Shown: positions 45,507-54,966 of the stretch, piece after piece
Layout: each line of letters starts with the position of its first letter
How positions within the stretch are numbered: the stretch's first letter is position 1
Assembly: GCA_965208835.1 (NCBI GenBank)
Contig: OZ242358.1
Coordinates: forward strand, 2,048,001-2,112,000
DNA length: 64,000 nucleotides
Origin: Candidatus Latescibacterota bacterium
Lineage (GTDB): Bacteria > Latescibacterota > UBA2968 > GCA-2709665
Direction of reading: 5' to 3'
Translations under genes and position numbers: made by a program
Notes under the pieces: model-generated
What the model saw: the letters and a program-made list of their open reading frames with translations, nothing else
The model's database searches: none
Told to the model about the DNA's origin: nothing

Positions 45507-46762
45507 GTCCGTTGCGTCGTGACAACAATGGGACGAGAGGGCAAATCGACAGACCAGTCGATTTGCCCTTTGTATTCCGAGCCTTTTCCGGTGGGACACT
45601 CGTCTGTTTTTGCCTTGCGCTCTGCTTCTGCTGGGGTGCCGGCGACGCATCCGGCCGGCCGAATGGGGAATTCAGGGGGTTGTGGGTGGTTCGCCACTGG
45701 CTGGCGGATCGCGAGCAGGCCATGCGCGTGGTGCGTATCGCCGTCGACGCCGGGATGAACGCGATCCTCGTTCAGGTTCGGGGGAGAGGCGATGCTTTCT
45801 ACCGCAGTCGTTTGGTACCCCGGTCGGAAGCCCTGACCGATCTTGGGTTCGATCCACTTGCGCTTCTCGTGGAGGAGGGGCACCGGGCCGGTCTGGAAGT
45901 GCACGCGTGGGTGAATATGTACCTCACCTGGAAACCGACAGAGCAGCGGCCGGCGTCGCCGCGGCATATTTTCCTTCAGCACCCTGAATGGTTCATGCGG
46001 TCCGCAGACGGGATCGATATGGGACGTGTTGCGCTCGACGGGGTCGATCTCGTCAAACGAGGGGTGGAGGGGAGATTCCTCTCGCCCGGTAATCCCGAAG
46101 TCAGACACCATCTGCTAAGGGTCATTGAAGAGATCGTGGCCGAATACGACATCGACGGCATCCACATGGATTACGTCCGGTACCCGAATATCCACTACGA
46201 CTACAATCCCGCCGTGAGCGACGCGTTCAAGACGCGCTATGGCTTCGACCCCGCTGGACGGAAAGACGACGGGTCGGGCGCCGGCGCCGCTGCGGACGTG
46301 AGCGACGACGGGAAGCTGTGGCATAAATGGCGCAGCGAACAGGTCAGCCTGCTTGTGGGCCAGGTGCGAAAGGCGATTGCACGGCTCAAGCCCGATGTCA
46401 GGTTGTCTGCCGCAGTAAAGCCCGATATCGATTCCGCTTTCATGAAGTATGGACAGGACTGGATCGGATGGAGTAACGGGGGGCTCGTGGACTTTGTCGT
46501 GCCTATGTTCTATAAAGGATCTGCCGCGGAGATCGAACGCCAGATGACCGATGCCAGGAAGCGCGTCAAAAAGGGAAGTCTGTACGCCGGGATCGGCATC
46601 TGGAATCAGAACGCCGACGACACGGTGGCTCAGATTGAGATCGCGCGTCGCAAGGGTCTACAGGGCGTCGTGCTGTTTTCCGTGGATGGATTCGTGCAGC
46701 AGAAGGGACTGATCGGCACCTTACGGCGAGGCCCGTTTCGAGTGCCACCCGACCGACCGTGA
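45503..46762 (+). CDS. GHL10 (YddW/DigH-like) glycoside hydrolase family protein
   Basis: EFRGLWV, QVRGRGDA.Y.S, FDPL, LEVHAW, YDIDGIHMDYVRYP, QDW..W; start uncertain. Confidence 0.8.
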   Translation: MSPLRRDNNGTRGQIDRPVDLPFVFRAFSGGTLVCFCLALCFCWGAGDASGRPNGEFRGLWVVRHWLADREQAMRVVRIAVDAGMNAILVQVRGRGDAFYRSRLVPRSEALTDLGFDPLALLVEEGHRAGLEVHAWVNMYLTWKPTEQRPASPRHIFLQHPEWFMRSADGIDMGRVALDGVDLVKRGVEGRFLSPGNPEVRHHLLRVIEEIVAEYDIDGIHMDYVRYPNIHYDYNPAVSDAFKTRYGFDPAGRKDDGSGAGAAADVSDDGKLWHKWRSEQVSLLVGQVRKAIARLKPDVRLSAAVKPDIDSAFMKYGQDWIGWSNGGLVDFVVPMFYKGSAAEIERQMTDARKRVKKGSLYAGIGIWNQNADDTVAQIEIARRKGLQGVVLFSVDGFVQQKGLIGTLRRGPFRVPPDRP

Positions 46763-46777
46763 CGGAGGAGGACACGT

Positions 46778-48142
46778 GTGCTGAAACCCAGGCGCGGCGA
46801 TCGGATCGAAATTGACATCGAGCGGCTGGATCGACGAGGAAACGGTCTGGGCCGGCTGGGCGTCTACACTCTGCTTGTGCGGGGCGCGGTGCCGGGAGAC
46901 CGCGTACGAGCGCGGGTGCGCAAGGTCAGGAACCGGTTGCGCCGGGCTGAAGCCAGTCTGGAGGAACTCCTCTCCACCGACATTCAGCGGTCCCCTGCAC
47001 GCTGTTCACACTTCGGGCTCTGCGGCGGCTGTCTGTGGCAGAACATTCCCTACAAGATCCAGGTTCGATTGAAGCAGGATCTGGTGCGGACCTGCCTGAC
47101 GGAGGCGGGAATAGATGCAGAACTGGACGCGCCGATGCCTTCCGCGGAACCGTTCTTCTACCGGAACAAGATGGAATTCTCATTCGGTTCGTCGCCGGAA
47201 GGGCGTACGGAGGTGGGATTGCACGTCTGGGGACGTTTCGACCGCATATTCGACCTGGATGCGTGTTACCTTCAGTCGGAGACGTCCAATCGCATCGTCG
47301 AAAGTGTACGGAACTTCGCCGGTTCGCTCTCCGTATATCACCTGAAGCGCCATGAGGGTCTGCTCCGTTTTCTGACCATACGCGAGGGTAAGCTGACCGG
47401 TGAAACCATGGTGGTGATTACGACATCAGGGGATGCGTTTCCCCAGGCGGAGTCGCTCGGCAAGATGTTGGAGGAGACGTTTCCGGAGGTGAAGAGCGTC
47501 ATCCGCAGCGTCAATCTGCGGCGGTCTCAGGTTGCCATCGGCGACCACGATGAGGTACTCGCGGGGATGGGTACCGTAAGAGAAACACTGGGGGATTTCA
47601 CCTTCGAGATTTCGCCGGGCTCATTCTTCCAGACCAACACCCGCCAAGCTCAGCATCTTTACCGTCGGGTGGTTGAACTGGCGGATCCGGGGCCGGACGA
47701 CAGGATTCTGGACGTGTATTGCGGCACGGGCGCGATCTCGCTGCATTTGTCGCAGAAGGCCGGATATGTACTCGGGATTGAGGCCGGTGAGGGGGCGGTT
47801 CAGGATGCGATTCGCAACAGCGCCATTAACGGCGTGTCCAACTGCCGTTTCATCGCGGGCGCCGCGGAGGATGTTCTGTGGCAGATCCGGGAGCAGGGTG
47901 AACGCTTTGAAACCGTGGTCACCGATCCACCGCGACCGGGTATGCATTTGAAGGCCATAACAGCGATTTGTGATCTGCGCCCGGAGCGCATTGTATATGT
48001 TTCGTGCAATCCTGAGGCGTTGGGTGCGGACCTGGTCCGGCTTGAGTCCTCAGGTTACAAGACCGACTACGTGCAGCTTGTGGATATGTTTCCCCATACA
48101 CCGCACTGTGAGGTTGTGGCGCGATTAAAGAAATCAGCCTGA
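46778..48142 (+). CDS. rlmD: 23S rRNA (uracil-5)-methyltransferase RlmD family
   Basis: TRAM domain, CSHFGLCGGC Fe-S motif, YRNKMEF, FFQTN, D.YCG.G, DPPR.G, YVSCNP, DMFPHT.H.E. Confidence 0.92.
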   Translation: MLKPRRGDRIEIDIERLDRRGNGLGRLGVYTLLVRGAVPGDRVRARVRKVRNRLRRAEASLEELLSTDIQRSPARCSHFGLCGGCLWQNIPYKIQVRLKQDLVRTCLTEAGIDAELDAPMPSAEPFFYRNKMEFSFGSSPEGRTEVGLHVWGRFDRIFDLDACYLQSETSNRIVESVRNFAGSLSVYHLKRHEGLLRFLTIREGKLTGETMVVITTSGDAFPQAESLGKMLEETFPEVKSVIRSVNLRRSQVAIGDHDEVLAGMGTVRETLGDFTFEISPGSFFQTNTRQAQHLYRRVVELADPGPDDRILDVYCGTGAISLHLSQKAGYVLGIEAGEGAVQDAIRNSAINGVSNCRFIAGAAEDVLWQIREQGERFETVVTDPPRPGMHLKAITAICDLRPERIVYVSCNPEALGADLVRLESSGYKTDYVQLVDMFPHTPHCEVVARLKKSA

Positions 48143-48224
48143 CGATAAGGCATTTCGCCGGATCCGAACAAGCCGGGGAGAGGATGCAAATTTCGTCTGC
48201 ATTTGGAATTGGCAGGCTCGCATG

Positions 48225-48698
48225 TCAATCCCTGCTGATATCCAGAATCTCATAGGCAAGCGTGCCCACCGGAACCTTCGCTTCCACCTGCTCGCCAACG
48301 CCTTTGCCCAGAAGAGCACGGCCAACCGGAGACTGCGTCGAAATCTTGTTCTGTTCGAAATCCGCCTCGTCGGTCGATACCAGCGTGTAGCGGATCTGTT
48401 CGCCGGTCTTGCGGTCCTTTAACGTGACCGTAGCGCCAAGATAGGCCTTATCCTTGTCCATCAGACTTTCGTCGATGATTTCAGATCGAACCAGTTTGTC
48501 CTGGAGTTCGGCGATTTTCTTCTCAATGAACATCTGACGTTCCTTGGCGCTATGGTATTCCGCGTTCTCGCTCAGGTCTCCATGCTCACGGGCTCTGGAG
48601 ATTGCCTCTATTACCGCTGGCCGCTCCCGGGTCCTGAGGCGTTCCAGTTCAGTTCGGATCTTGTTGTAACCGTCTTTCGTGAGATAAAGCCGATCCAT
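48225..48698 (-). CDS. greA: Transcription elongation factor GreA
   Basis: AREHGDLSENAEY, SPVGRALLGK. Confidence 0.96.
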   Translation of the reverse strand: MDRLYLTKDGYNKIRTELERLRTRERPAVIEAISRAREHGDLSENAEYHSAKERQMFIEKKIAELQDKLVRSEIIDESLMDKDKAYLGATVTLKDRKTGEQIRYTLVSTDEADFEQNKISTQSPVGRALLGKGVGEQVEAKVPVGTLAYEILDISRD

Positions 48699-48758
48699 TG
48701 TTCTGTCTCACTTCCTCATGTCTGGCCCGCCCGGACTTGAGCGTTCTGCAATTTACAG

Positions 48759-48818
48759 AAAAAATACCGGGGGTCCGGATCAGCGGACGGCCCCGCCGTG
48801 TACAACATGGACCCCGGT
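48759..48818 (-). terminator. Terminator-like hairpin in greA 5' leader
   Basis: Minus strand ACCGGGGTCC...GGACCCCCGGT stem, then ATTTTTT; lies between the promoter and the greA start. Confidence 0.55.
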
Positions 48819-48850
48819 GATGAGCCCCCTATTTAACTCTAAGATGCTTA

Positions 48851-48879
48851 AAAATAAGATCTTTATTGAATAAAGTCAA
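48851..48879 (-). promoter_or_regulatory. Putative sigma70 promoter for greA
   Basis: TTGACT N17 TATTTT on the minus strand; overlapped by palindrome CTTTATT-G-AATAAAG (48861-48875). Confidence 0.55.
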
Positions 48880-48906
48880 GATCAAATGGTTCCTGGCAGG
48901 TTCGGA

Positions 48907-48935
48907 TTGACAACTTCAATGAAGGTTTGTATACT
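48907..48935 (+). promoter_or_regulatory. Sigma70 promoter for the DapA-family gene
   Basis: TTGACA N17 TATACT. Confidence 0.7.
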
Positions 48936-48994
48936 TTACGCTTGGCGCAACCTTTCCCGTGGAAAAACACTGTGGAATCCATGCGGGGGTGGGA

Positions 48995-49903
48995 ATGGAC
49001 AGCACGTTTGTGCGCGGGCTGATTCCGGCGCTGGTTACTCCGATGACCTGCGACGAAGCGCTGGATGAAGCGGGCCTCGAACGCCTGGTGGATTACGTCA
49101 TAGACGCTGGTGCGCACGGCGTATTTACCGGAGGAACCGCCGGGGAGCCCTGGGCGCTGAGCGTCGAAGAGAAGAAAAGGCTCTACGAGTGGACCGTGGG
49201 CTATACGGCGGGACGGGTTCCGGTCTACGTGGGGACGGCGGCAAATTGCACAGCTGAGGCCGTGCGGCTGGCGGAAGCTGCACAGGAGGCGGGGGCGGAT
49301 TGTCTCTCCGTGCTGACGCCTTTCTTCATTACGCCGGGCCCGGAGGAGATGTTCAATCACTTTGCGGCGATCGCACGTGCCGTGGACCTTCCGGTGCTCT
49401 TGTACGACCTTCCGGCGAGAACGGGAAACACCCTCTCCGTAGATCTTGTAATGCGGCTGGCAACTGAATTCTGCAATATCGTCGGAATCAAGGAGAGTTC
49501 GGGTGATTTTTCGCGAACACTCGAGTACCTGCGGCTTGCTCCCGAGAATTTTCGCGTCATTATGGGTCGCGACACGCTGATCTACGCCGCTCTGGTTCAC
49601 GGCGCCGCAGGTGCGATTGCCGCAACCGCCAATGTCGCGCCCGACCTGGGGGTTGGTATCTACGAGCGGTACATGACCGGAGACGCCGTCGGCGCACTGG
49701 ATTGTCAGATGCGGCTTGCCCCGCTTCGAGCGGCCTTTGCGCTGGGTACCCACCCGGCAATGCTCAAGGCGGGGGCGGAGCTCGTTTGCAATGCGGGTGG
49801 TCCGCCGCGTCGACCCGTAAGCCGATTGTCCGGACGCGATTTGCAACAGTTGAAAGAGGTGCTTACAGAGATGGGAATGCCGGAAGTCTCCGACGCCAAT
49901 TAG
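48995..49903 (+). CDS. Dihydrodipicolinate synthase (DapA/NAL) family protein
   Basis: PALVTP, GTAGE, LYDLPARTG, Schiff-base GIKESSG; GTAGE and YD differ from DapA GTTGE/YN, so the substrate is uncertain. Confidence 0.8.
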   Translation: MDSTFVRGLIPALVTPMTCDEALDEAGLERLVDYVIDAGAHGVFTGGTAGEPWALSVEEKKRLYEWTVGYTAGRVPVYVGTAANCTAEAVRLAEAAQEAGADCLSVLTPFFITPGPEEMFNHFAAIARAVDLPVLLYDLPARTGNTLSVDLVMRLATEFCNIVGIKESSGDFSRTLEYLRLAPENFRVIMGRDTLIYAALVHGAAGAIAATANVAPDLGVGIYERYMTGDAVGALDCQMRLAPLRAAFALGTHPAMLKAGAELVCNAGGPPRRPVSRLSGRDLQQLKEVLTEMGMPEVSDAN

Positions 49904-49952
49904 ACGACTTCCAGATCAACGGGTCTGTACGAATTGAAGGAGCGGCGGAACG

Positions 49953-50564
49953 ATGGAGCGACGGGAGAAACATCGGACGATTCTGGTCGTTGGCGCACCC
50001 GGATCGGGCAAGGGCACGCAGGGGAGAATACTGGGGAACATTCCTGGATTCCACCATTTGGCCTGCGGAGATGTTTTCAGGTCTCTGGATCCGGGCAGTG
50101 AACTGGGCAAGGTCTTCCTGGCCTACTCCGGAAAGGGCCGGTTGGTTCCGGACCAGTTCACCGTTCAGCTGTGGCTGGACCACATCCGCGGCGCCATCCA
50201 CAACGGTGGTTTTCGCCCGGACGAGGAAGTGCTCGTACTTGACGGTATTCCGCGCAATCTGCGCCAGGCCGAAATGATGGCTGACTATATCGACCTCAAT
50301 CTGCTCATCTATCTGGATATAGCCGACGACAACGTACTGGTTGAGCGTGCGCTTCGCCGTGCGCTGCGGGAGAATCGGCTCGACGATGCCAGCGAAGCGG
50401 TCATCAGGCGACGGCTGCGGGAATTCGAAAGGGAAACCGCGCCCCTGCTGGAATACTATCCTGCGGAGGTGATTCGCAAGGTCGACGGAGAACAGAAGCC
50501 TGTAGACGTCTTGCACGATGTGATAGGAATCATCCAGAAAGCCGATACGGTCGCGGATTTCTGA
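49953..50564 (+). CDS. adk: Adenylate/nucleoside-monophosphate kinase, short-LID type
   Basis: P-loop GAPGSGKGTQ, GDVFR, GRLVPD, LDGIPR, R.DD....IRRRL. Confidence 0.8.
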   Translation: MERREKHRTILVVGAPGSGKGTQGRILGNIPGFHHLACGDVFRSLDPGSELGKVFLAYSGKGRLVPDQFTVQLWLDHIRGAIHNGGFRPDEEVLVLDGIPRNLRQAEMMADYIDLNLLIYLDIADDNVLVERALRRALRENRLDDASEAVIRRRLREFERETAPLLEYYPAEVIRKVDGEQKPVDVLHDVIGIIQKADTVADF

Positions 50565-50766
50565 GCATCGCAACCTTCGCGTTTGGAGGACGGTCGCCTG
50601 TCTCAGGCGGCCGTCGTATTTTAATACCGTTTATTTGGTCAATGGATGTCGGAATACCTGTGTGAAGGATTGCGCGGGACTTGCGCGTCCTCGTGAAGGT
50701 TGGAAACCCGGTACCGGCTGTATGTTCGCAGGCCGGTCCCGAACGTGCGGAGGAGTGTCGGCAGCT

Positions 50767-53700
50767 ATGACACGAATGTGTATCGGTCTGGTTCTCATGA
50801 TGGTCGTCCCGCCTCGCGCGGATGCACGACCGGTAATGGATTGGACGGTTTACCAGTACAAAGACGGGCTTGCCCACAACGTCGTAACGTCCGTTGTGCA
50901 GGCGAGAGACGGTACCATGTGGTTCGCCACCCGCGGAGGCATTTCCCGATACGACGGCCAGTCTTGGCAGACGTACGCTGAAGAAAGCGGATTGCCGGGC
51001 GGCAGCTTCAGTGCGCTGTTCGAGGCGGAGAACGGCACAATGTGGGCCACAGGGGGATTCGGGTTTCGCGGGCGGCCGGGAAATCGGATCGCCCGTCTGG
51101 CCGGCAACCGCTGGGAGCCGGTAATGCTGCCTGGAAACCTCGAGGGCGTCCGCGTGGGGCCGATTGTAGGCGTCGCAGGAGGCGGCCTCTGTTTCGCCAC
51201 CGCAGGTATGGGTATACTCCACTATGCCGGTGATGAATGGAAGACAATCGACGAAGAGGATGGACTTGCCTCCAACGATGTGCAATGCCTGTTGAGGTCG
51301 AAAGACGGTGCGGTTTGGGCAGCGTATGCGGGCCGGCGTCCGGGAGTGCCGTTTTCGGCACGTTCCAGGGGTCGCCGGGGCGGGGGCATGAGCCGGTTCG
51401 ATCCGACGAAGAATGCATGGGTGGAGGTCGCCGCGCCCGGTGAACTGGCAGGCGGAGCGGTAACGGCGATGGCACAGGCGGTCGACGGGGCCGTCTGGCT
51501 GGGTACCGAAAACCGCGGGGTGTTGCGTTACCACGGCGCAAATTGGCAGGTGTTCGATGCCCGGGACGGAATGCCCGCGGACCGGGTGCTTTCCGTCGCG
51601 TCGGCTCCTGACGGATCGATATGGGTTGGTACCGTCGGTGGTGCCGTAAGATTCACGGCATCAGAAGAAGCGTCGACAGCCGAGGGTCGCTGGCGGGTTC
51701 GTCAGGTCTTTACGGAAGAGAACGGCCTCCCCAGCAATCTGGTGACATCGGTCTGTATAAGCAAGGACGGCGCGGTCTGGTTGGGGACGGCGTGGGGTGT
51801 CGCGCGATACGGTGCGACACGCTGGGACCACCACAGCCGCTGGGCGGGGTCGGACGACCGGGGCGGGGTGGCCCTCGAACGCACCGAGGACGGACGTCTA
51901 TGGGCCGCCACGGGAGAACGAGTCTACGAATACGACGGAGCCGGCTGGAACGAGGCGTACCGGATCGGCAGGAGCGGTCGCCGCAGGTCCGGACGAATCG
52001 TGGCGTTGAGAAAGGGAAAGGGCGGCACGCTCTGGGCGGCCGCCCATCGAAGCGTGTTGCGATTCGATGGGGTCTTTTGGAAGGAATTCCCATTGCCCAT
52101 CTCCGGTCCGGGGTCCCGGATTCTCTCGATTTTTCCCGCGCGCACCGGCGGCGTCTGGGCGGGCACGGGAGCCGGGCTGTTCCGCTTCGACGGCGAGCAA
52201 TGGGAAGCGCAAGCGCCGGAGGATTCACTCAGAGTGAGCGCTGTGTACGAGTCAGACGACGGCGTTCTCTGGTTTGGCGCCAATGGCGGTATCGTTAGGG
52301 AGAAAGACGGCGAACGTGAGGTTTTCGATACGGCGGGGGGGTTGCCGGGCGAGCCGGTCATCGCGCTGGAGGAGGCCCAGGGCACTGTCTGGGCCGCGAC
52401 GCGCTTCACAGGAATGTTTCGGTACCATCAGGGAGAGTGGAACCCTGTGCCAACCGGTGACCAAACCGTTTTCGGCGGCGCGCATCGACTCTTCGTGGAT
52501 GACGACGGAATACTCTGGCTGGCCACCCTTGTTGTCGGTGCCGTTCAGACCGATGGCGTGACCTGGACGCGGTACACCACGCGCAACGGCCTTCCGGGCG
52601 CCAGGGTGTGGGATGTGGCGCAGGACCGGCTGGGTAGATTCTGGTTTGCCACGGATAAGGGACTGGGATGCTATACGCCGGACACCGATGCGCCTGAAAC
52701 CACGCTTTCCATGCCGTCCGGAGAGGTGGCGCCCTACCAGAGCGCACTGTTCAAATTCTCCGGCCAGGACGCATGGAAGCAGACCCCGCCACAGGGCCTG
52801 AAATACGCCTGGCGGGTCGACGGCGGCGACTGGTCGAGGTTTTCGAGCGAAGATCAGGCGTTCGTCGGCAGGATGGCTCCGGGACCGCACACCTTCGAGG
52901 TGCGCGCGATGGACCGGGGATTCAATGTCGACGCGACGCCGGCGCGCCACACTTTCACGGTTCTGGCGCCGGTCTGGCAACGGCCATGGTTCGTCGCGCT
53001 CAGCGTGTTCTCTTTCGTGGCCCATTGCGTGTCATCCGGCTACGCGCTGCACCGGCATCGGCGGTGGAAGGAGGCTCAGGCACGAATGATTCACGAATTG
53101 GAATCGGAGTTGCAGCAGGCGCACAGGATGCAGATGGGTCTGCTGCCAACGGTTCCGATCCGGGCCGACACGTTTGAAATCGCCGGGATCTGCGTGCCGG
53201 CGAACCACGTCGGCGGGGACTATTTCAATTATTTCTGGCTGGACGAAGCTCGCCGGAAGCTGGGTTTCGGCGCTGCGGACGTGTCGGGAAAGGCGATGGA
53301 GGCGGCAGTTCGCGCCATGCAATTGAGCGGCATTTTCCGATACGAATTTCGAGGCAGGCGGCCGCTGGACGAGGTCGCGATGCGGCTGGACGAAGATTTG
53401 AAGGAGCAGATGGATGAGGCCAGCTTTGTCACCTGCTGTCTTGGCACGCTCGATCTCGAGTCACAACGCGTGCATCTGATTAATGCCGCTCATCCCTTCC
53501 CGTACCACTATTGCGCCAGGACTCAGGAATTGCGGGAGATTCCGTTGCCGTCCATACCGCTGGGTATGGTACTACCTCCGGGAAGTCCCGGAGGGCGCGC
53601 CGAAGCCACCATACAAGTCGCGCCGGACGACCTGCTGTTGTTCTACAGCGATGGTGTGACCGACATGAGGAACGTAGCCGGCGAGTTTTATGAGAACGAC

Positions 53701-53859
53701 CGGCTGGAGCAAACGGTCAGAGCGCATATCGAGGTGAGCGCGGCGGATCTGGTCTCAGTGATCCTCGAAGACGTGTATCGTTTCAAGGGAGATGCGTCTC
53801 AACCCGACGATATCACGCTTCTGGTGATTCGAATGCTGGAGGGGCATCCGGGCGGGTGA
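50767..53859 (+). CDS. Membrane sensor phosphatase: Reg_prop beta-propeller + Y_Y_Y + TM + SpoIIE/PP2C domain
   Basis: Signal peptide; repeated GL.sn.V....d..G..W.gT..G; PG.HTFEVRA; P.WQRPWF + TM; GGDYF, ADVSGK, YSDG, DDIT. Confidence 0.85.
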   Translation: MTRMCIGLVLMMVVPPRADARPVMDWTVYQYKDGLAHNVVTSVVQARDGTMWFATRGGISRYDGQSWQTYAEESGLPGGSFSALFEAENGTMWATGGFGFRGRPGNRIARLAGNRWEPVMLPGNLEGVRVGPIVGVAGGGLCFATAGMGILHYAGDEWKTIDEEDGLASNDVQCLLRSKDGAVWAAYAGRRPGVPFSARSRGRRGGGMSRFDPTKNAWVEVAAPGELAGGAVTAMAQAVDGAVWLGTENRGVLRYHGANWQVFDARDGMPADRVLSVASAPDGSIWVGTVGGAVRFTASEEASTAEGRWRVRQVFTEENGLPSNLVTSVCISKDGAVWLGTAWGVARYGATRWDHHSRWAGSDDRGGVALERTEDGRLWAATGERVYEYDGAGWNEAYRIGRSGRRRSGRIVALRKGKGGTLWAAAHRSVLRFDGVFWKEFPLPISGPGSRILSIFPARTGGVWAGTGAGLFRFDGEQWEAQAPEDSLRVSAVYESDDGVLWFGANGGIVREKDGEREVFDTAGGLPGEPVIALEEAQGTVWAATRFTGMFRYHQGEWNPVPTGDQTVFGGAHRLFVDDDGILWLATLVVGAVQTDGVTWTRYTTRNGLPGARVWDVAQDRLGRFWFATDKGLGCYTPDTDAPETTLSMPSGEVAPYQSALFKFSGQDAWKQTPPQGLKYAWRVDGGDWSRFSSEDQAFVGRMAPGPHTFEVRAMDRGFNVDATPARHTFTVLAPVWQRPWFVALSVFSFVAHCVSSGYALHRHRRWKEAQARMIHELESELQQAHRMQMGLLPTVPIRADTFEIAGICVPANHVGGDYFNYFWLDEARRKLGFGAADVSGKAMEAAVRAMQLSGIFRYEFRGRRPLDEVAMRLDEDLKEQMDEASFVTCCLGTLDLESQRVHLINAAHPFPYHYCARTQELREIPLPSIPLGMVLPPGSPGGRAEATIQVAPDDLLLFYSDGVTDMRNVAGEFYENDRLEQTVRAHIEVSAADLVSVILEDVYRFKGDASQPDDITLLVIRMLEGHPGG

Positions 53860-53910
53860 GGTCTCCGTGTCCGGTTGGCTATCGGCGGCCCATCGACGAA
53901 TGACCGGGCG

Positions 53911-54789
53911 TCATCGGCGTTCGTTTCCCGGAACTGCGCCGGATCCGGTGGCATGCTTTGCCGCGGACTCCACTGTCTGGGCGATCAGCGTGGCAATTGT
54001 CATAGGTCCAACGCCGCCTGGCACCGGCGTGTAGGCCGCACACCGGTGGATGACTGCAGGAAGTTCCACGTCTCCGACGGGGCCCGGATGGTAGCCGGCG
54101 TCTATGATTACGGCGTTGTCCGCGATCCAGTCGGCCCTGATGAATTCCCGCTTTCCGACAGCGCCGACGACGATGTCGGCCATGCGCACAATACAGGGCA
54201 GGTTCCTGGTTCTGGAATGACAGATGGTTACGGTGGCGTTTGCATTCAGTAGCATCATGGCCATTGGCTTGCCCAGAATCGGGCTTCTGCCCACGACTAC
54301 TGCGTTTCTGCCCTCCAGCGGGACCTGGTAGTGCGACAGCAGCTTCATAATGCCCGCCGGTGTCGCGGCCCCGTAGGCGGACGCGCCCATTGCCTTCAGC
54401 CCGAAGCCGTGCGCCGTGACGCCATCAACGTCCTTCCCGGTCGAAATTCGGTCGAAGCACGCCCTTTCGTCGACATGGTCAGGAACCGGGTGCTGAAGGA
54501 GGATTCCATGCACGCGAGGATCGTCGTTGAGCTTGTCGATCTCGGCCAGGAGTTCGCGCGTGGTGGTTTCTTCCGGCAGCAGGATCCTCAATGAATCCAT
54601 GCCCACCCGCTTGCAGGCGTTACCCTTCATCCGCACGTAGGTGGCCGAAGCGGGGTCGTCTCCAACCAGAATCGTGGCCAGGACTGGGATTCGCCCGCCC
54701 GTGCTTCTCCTGATGCGCGCCACCCTCTGCTTCAATTCGTCCTCGATCTGCCCGGCAAGCCTTTTGCCATCCAGAACCGTTGCAGCCAT
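53911..54789 (-). CDS. folD: Methylenetetrahydrofolate dehydrogenase/cyclohydrolase
   Basis: [42 protein letters not shown]; ATG after GGAGG. Confidence 0.95.
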   Translation of the reverse strand: MAATVLDGKRLAGQIEDELKQRVARIRRSTGGRIPVLATILVGDDPASATYVRMKGNACKRVGMDSLRILLPEETTTRELLAEIDKLNDDPRVHGILLQHPVPDHVDERACFDRISTGKDVDGVTAHGFGLKAMGASAYGAATPAGIMKLLSHYQVPLEGRNAVVVGRSPILGKPMAMMLLNANATVTICHSRTRNLPCIVRMADIVVGAVGKREFIRADWIADNAVIIDAGYHPGPVGDVELPAVIHRCAAYTPVPGGVGPMTIATLIAQTVESAAKHATGSGAVPGNERR

Positions 54790-54812
54790 CGCGCCTCCCG
54801 ATCTTGTCCATG

Positions 54813-54966
54813 CAGCCCGTTGAAAGAGTCCATCCGGGCTGCGGCCGGCCCTTGCGGTCGAAATACTGCGTTGCGCTCCCTCGCCGAATCGCAGGATGGG
54901 ACTCGGTCGCACGCCTTGTCTTCGGCCACAATACCTCGCCTGCAGAGCGACTCTATCAACGGACTG
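54813..54966 (+). mobile_element. MITE-like element family A, copy A3 (154 bp)
   Basis: Ends CAGCCCGTTGAAAGAG / CTCTATCAACGGACTG; abuts the purL stop (CTA at 54967-69). Confidence 0.88.

Noticed and set aside
54790-54912. 41-aa N-terminal extension of FolD
   Set aside because: It derives from element A3; GGAGG precedes ATG 54789
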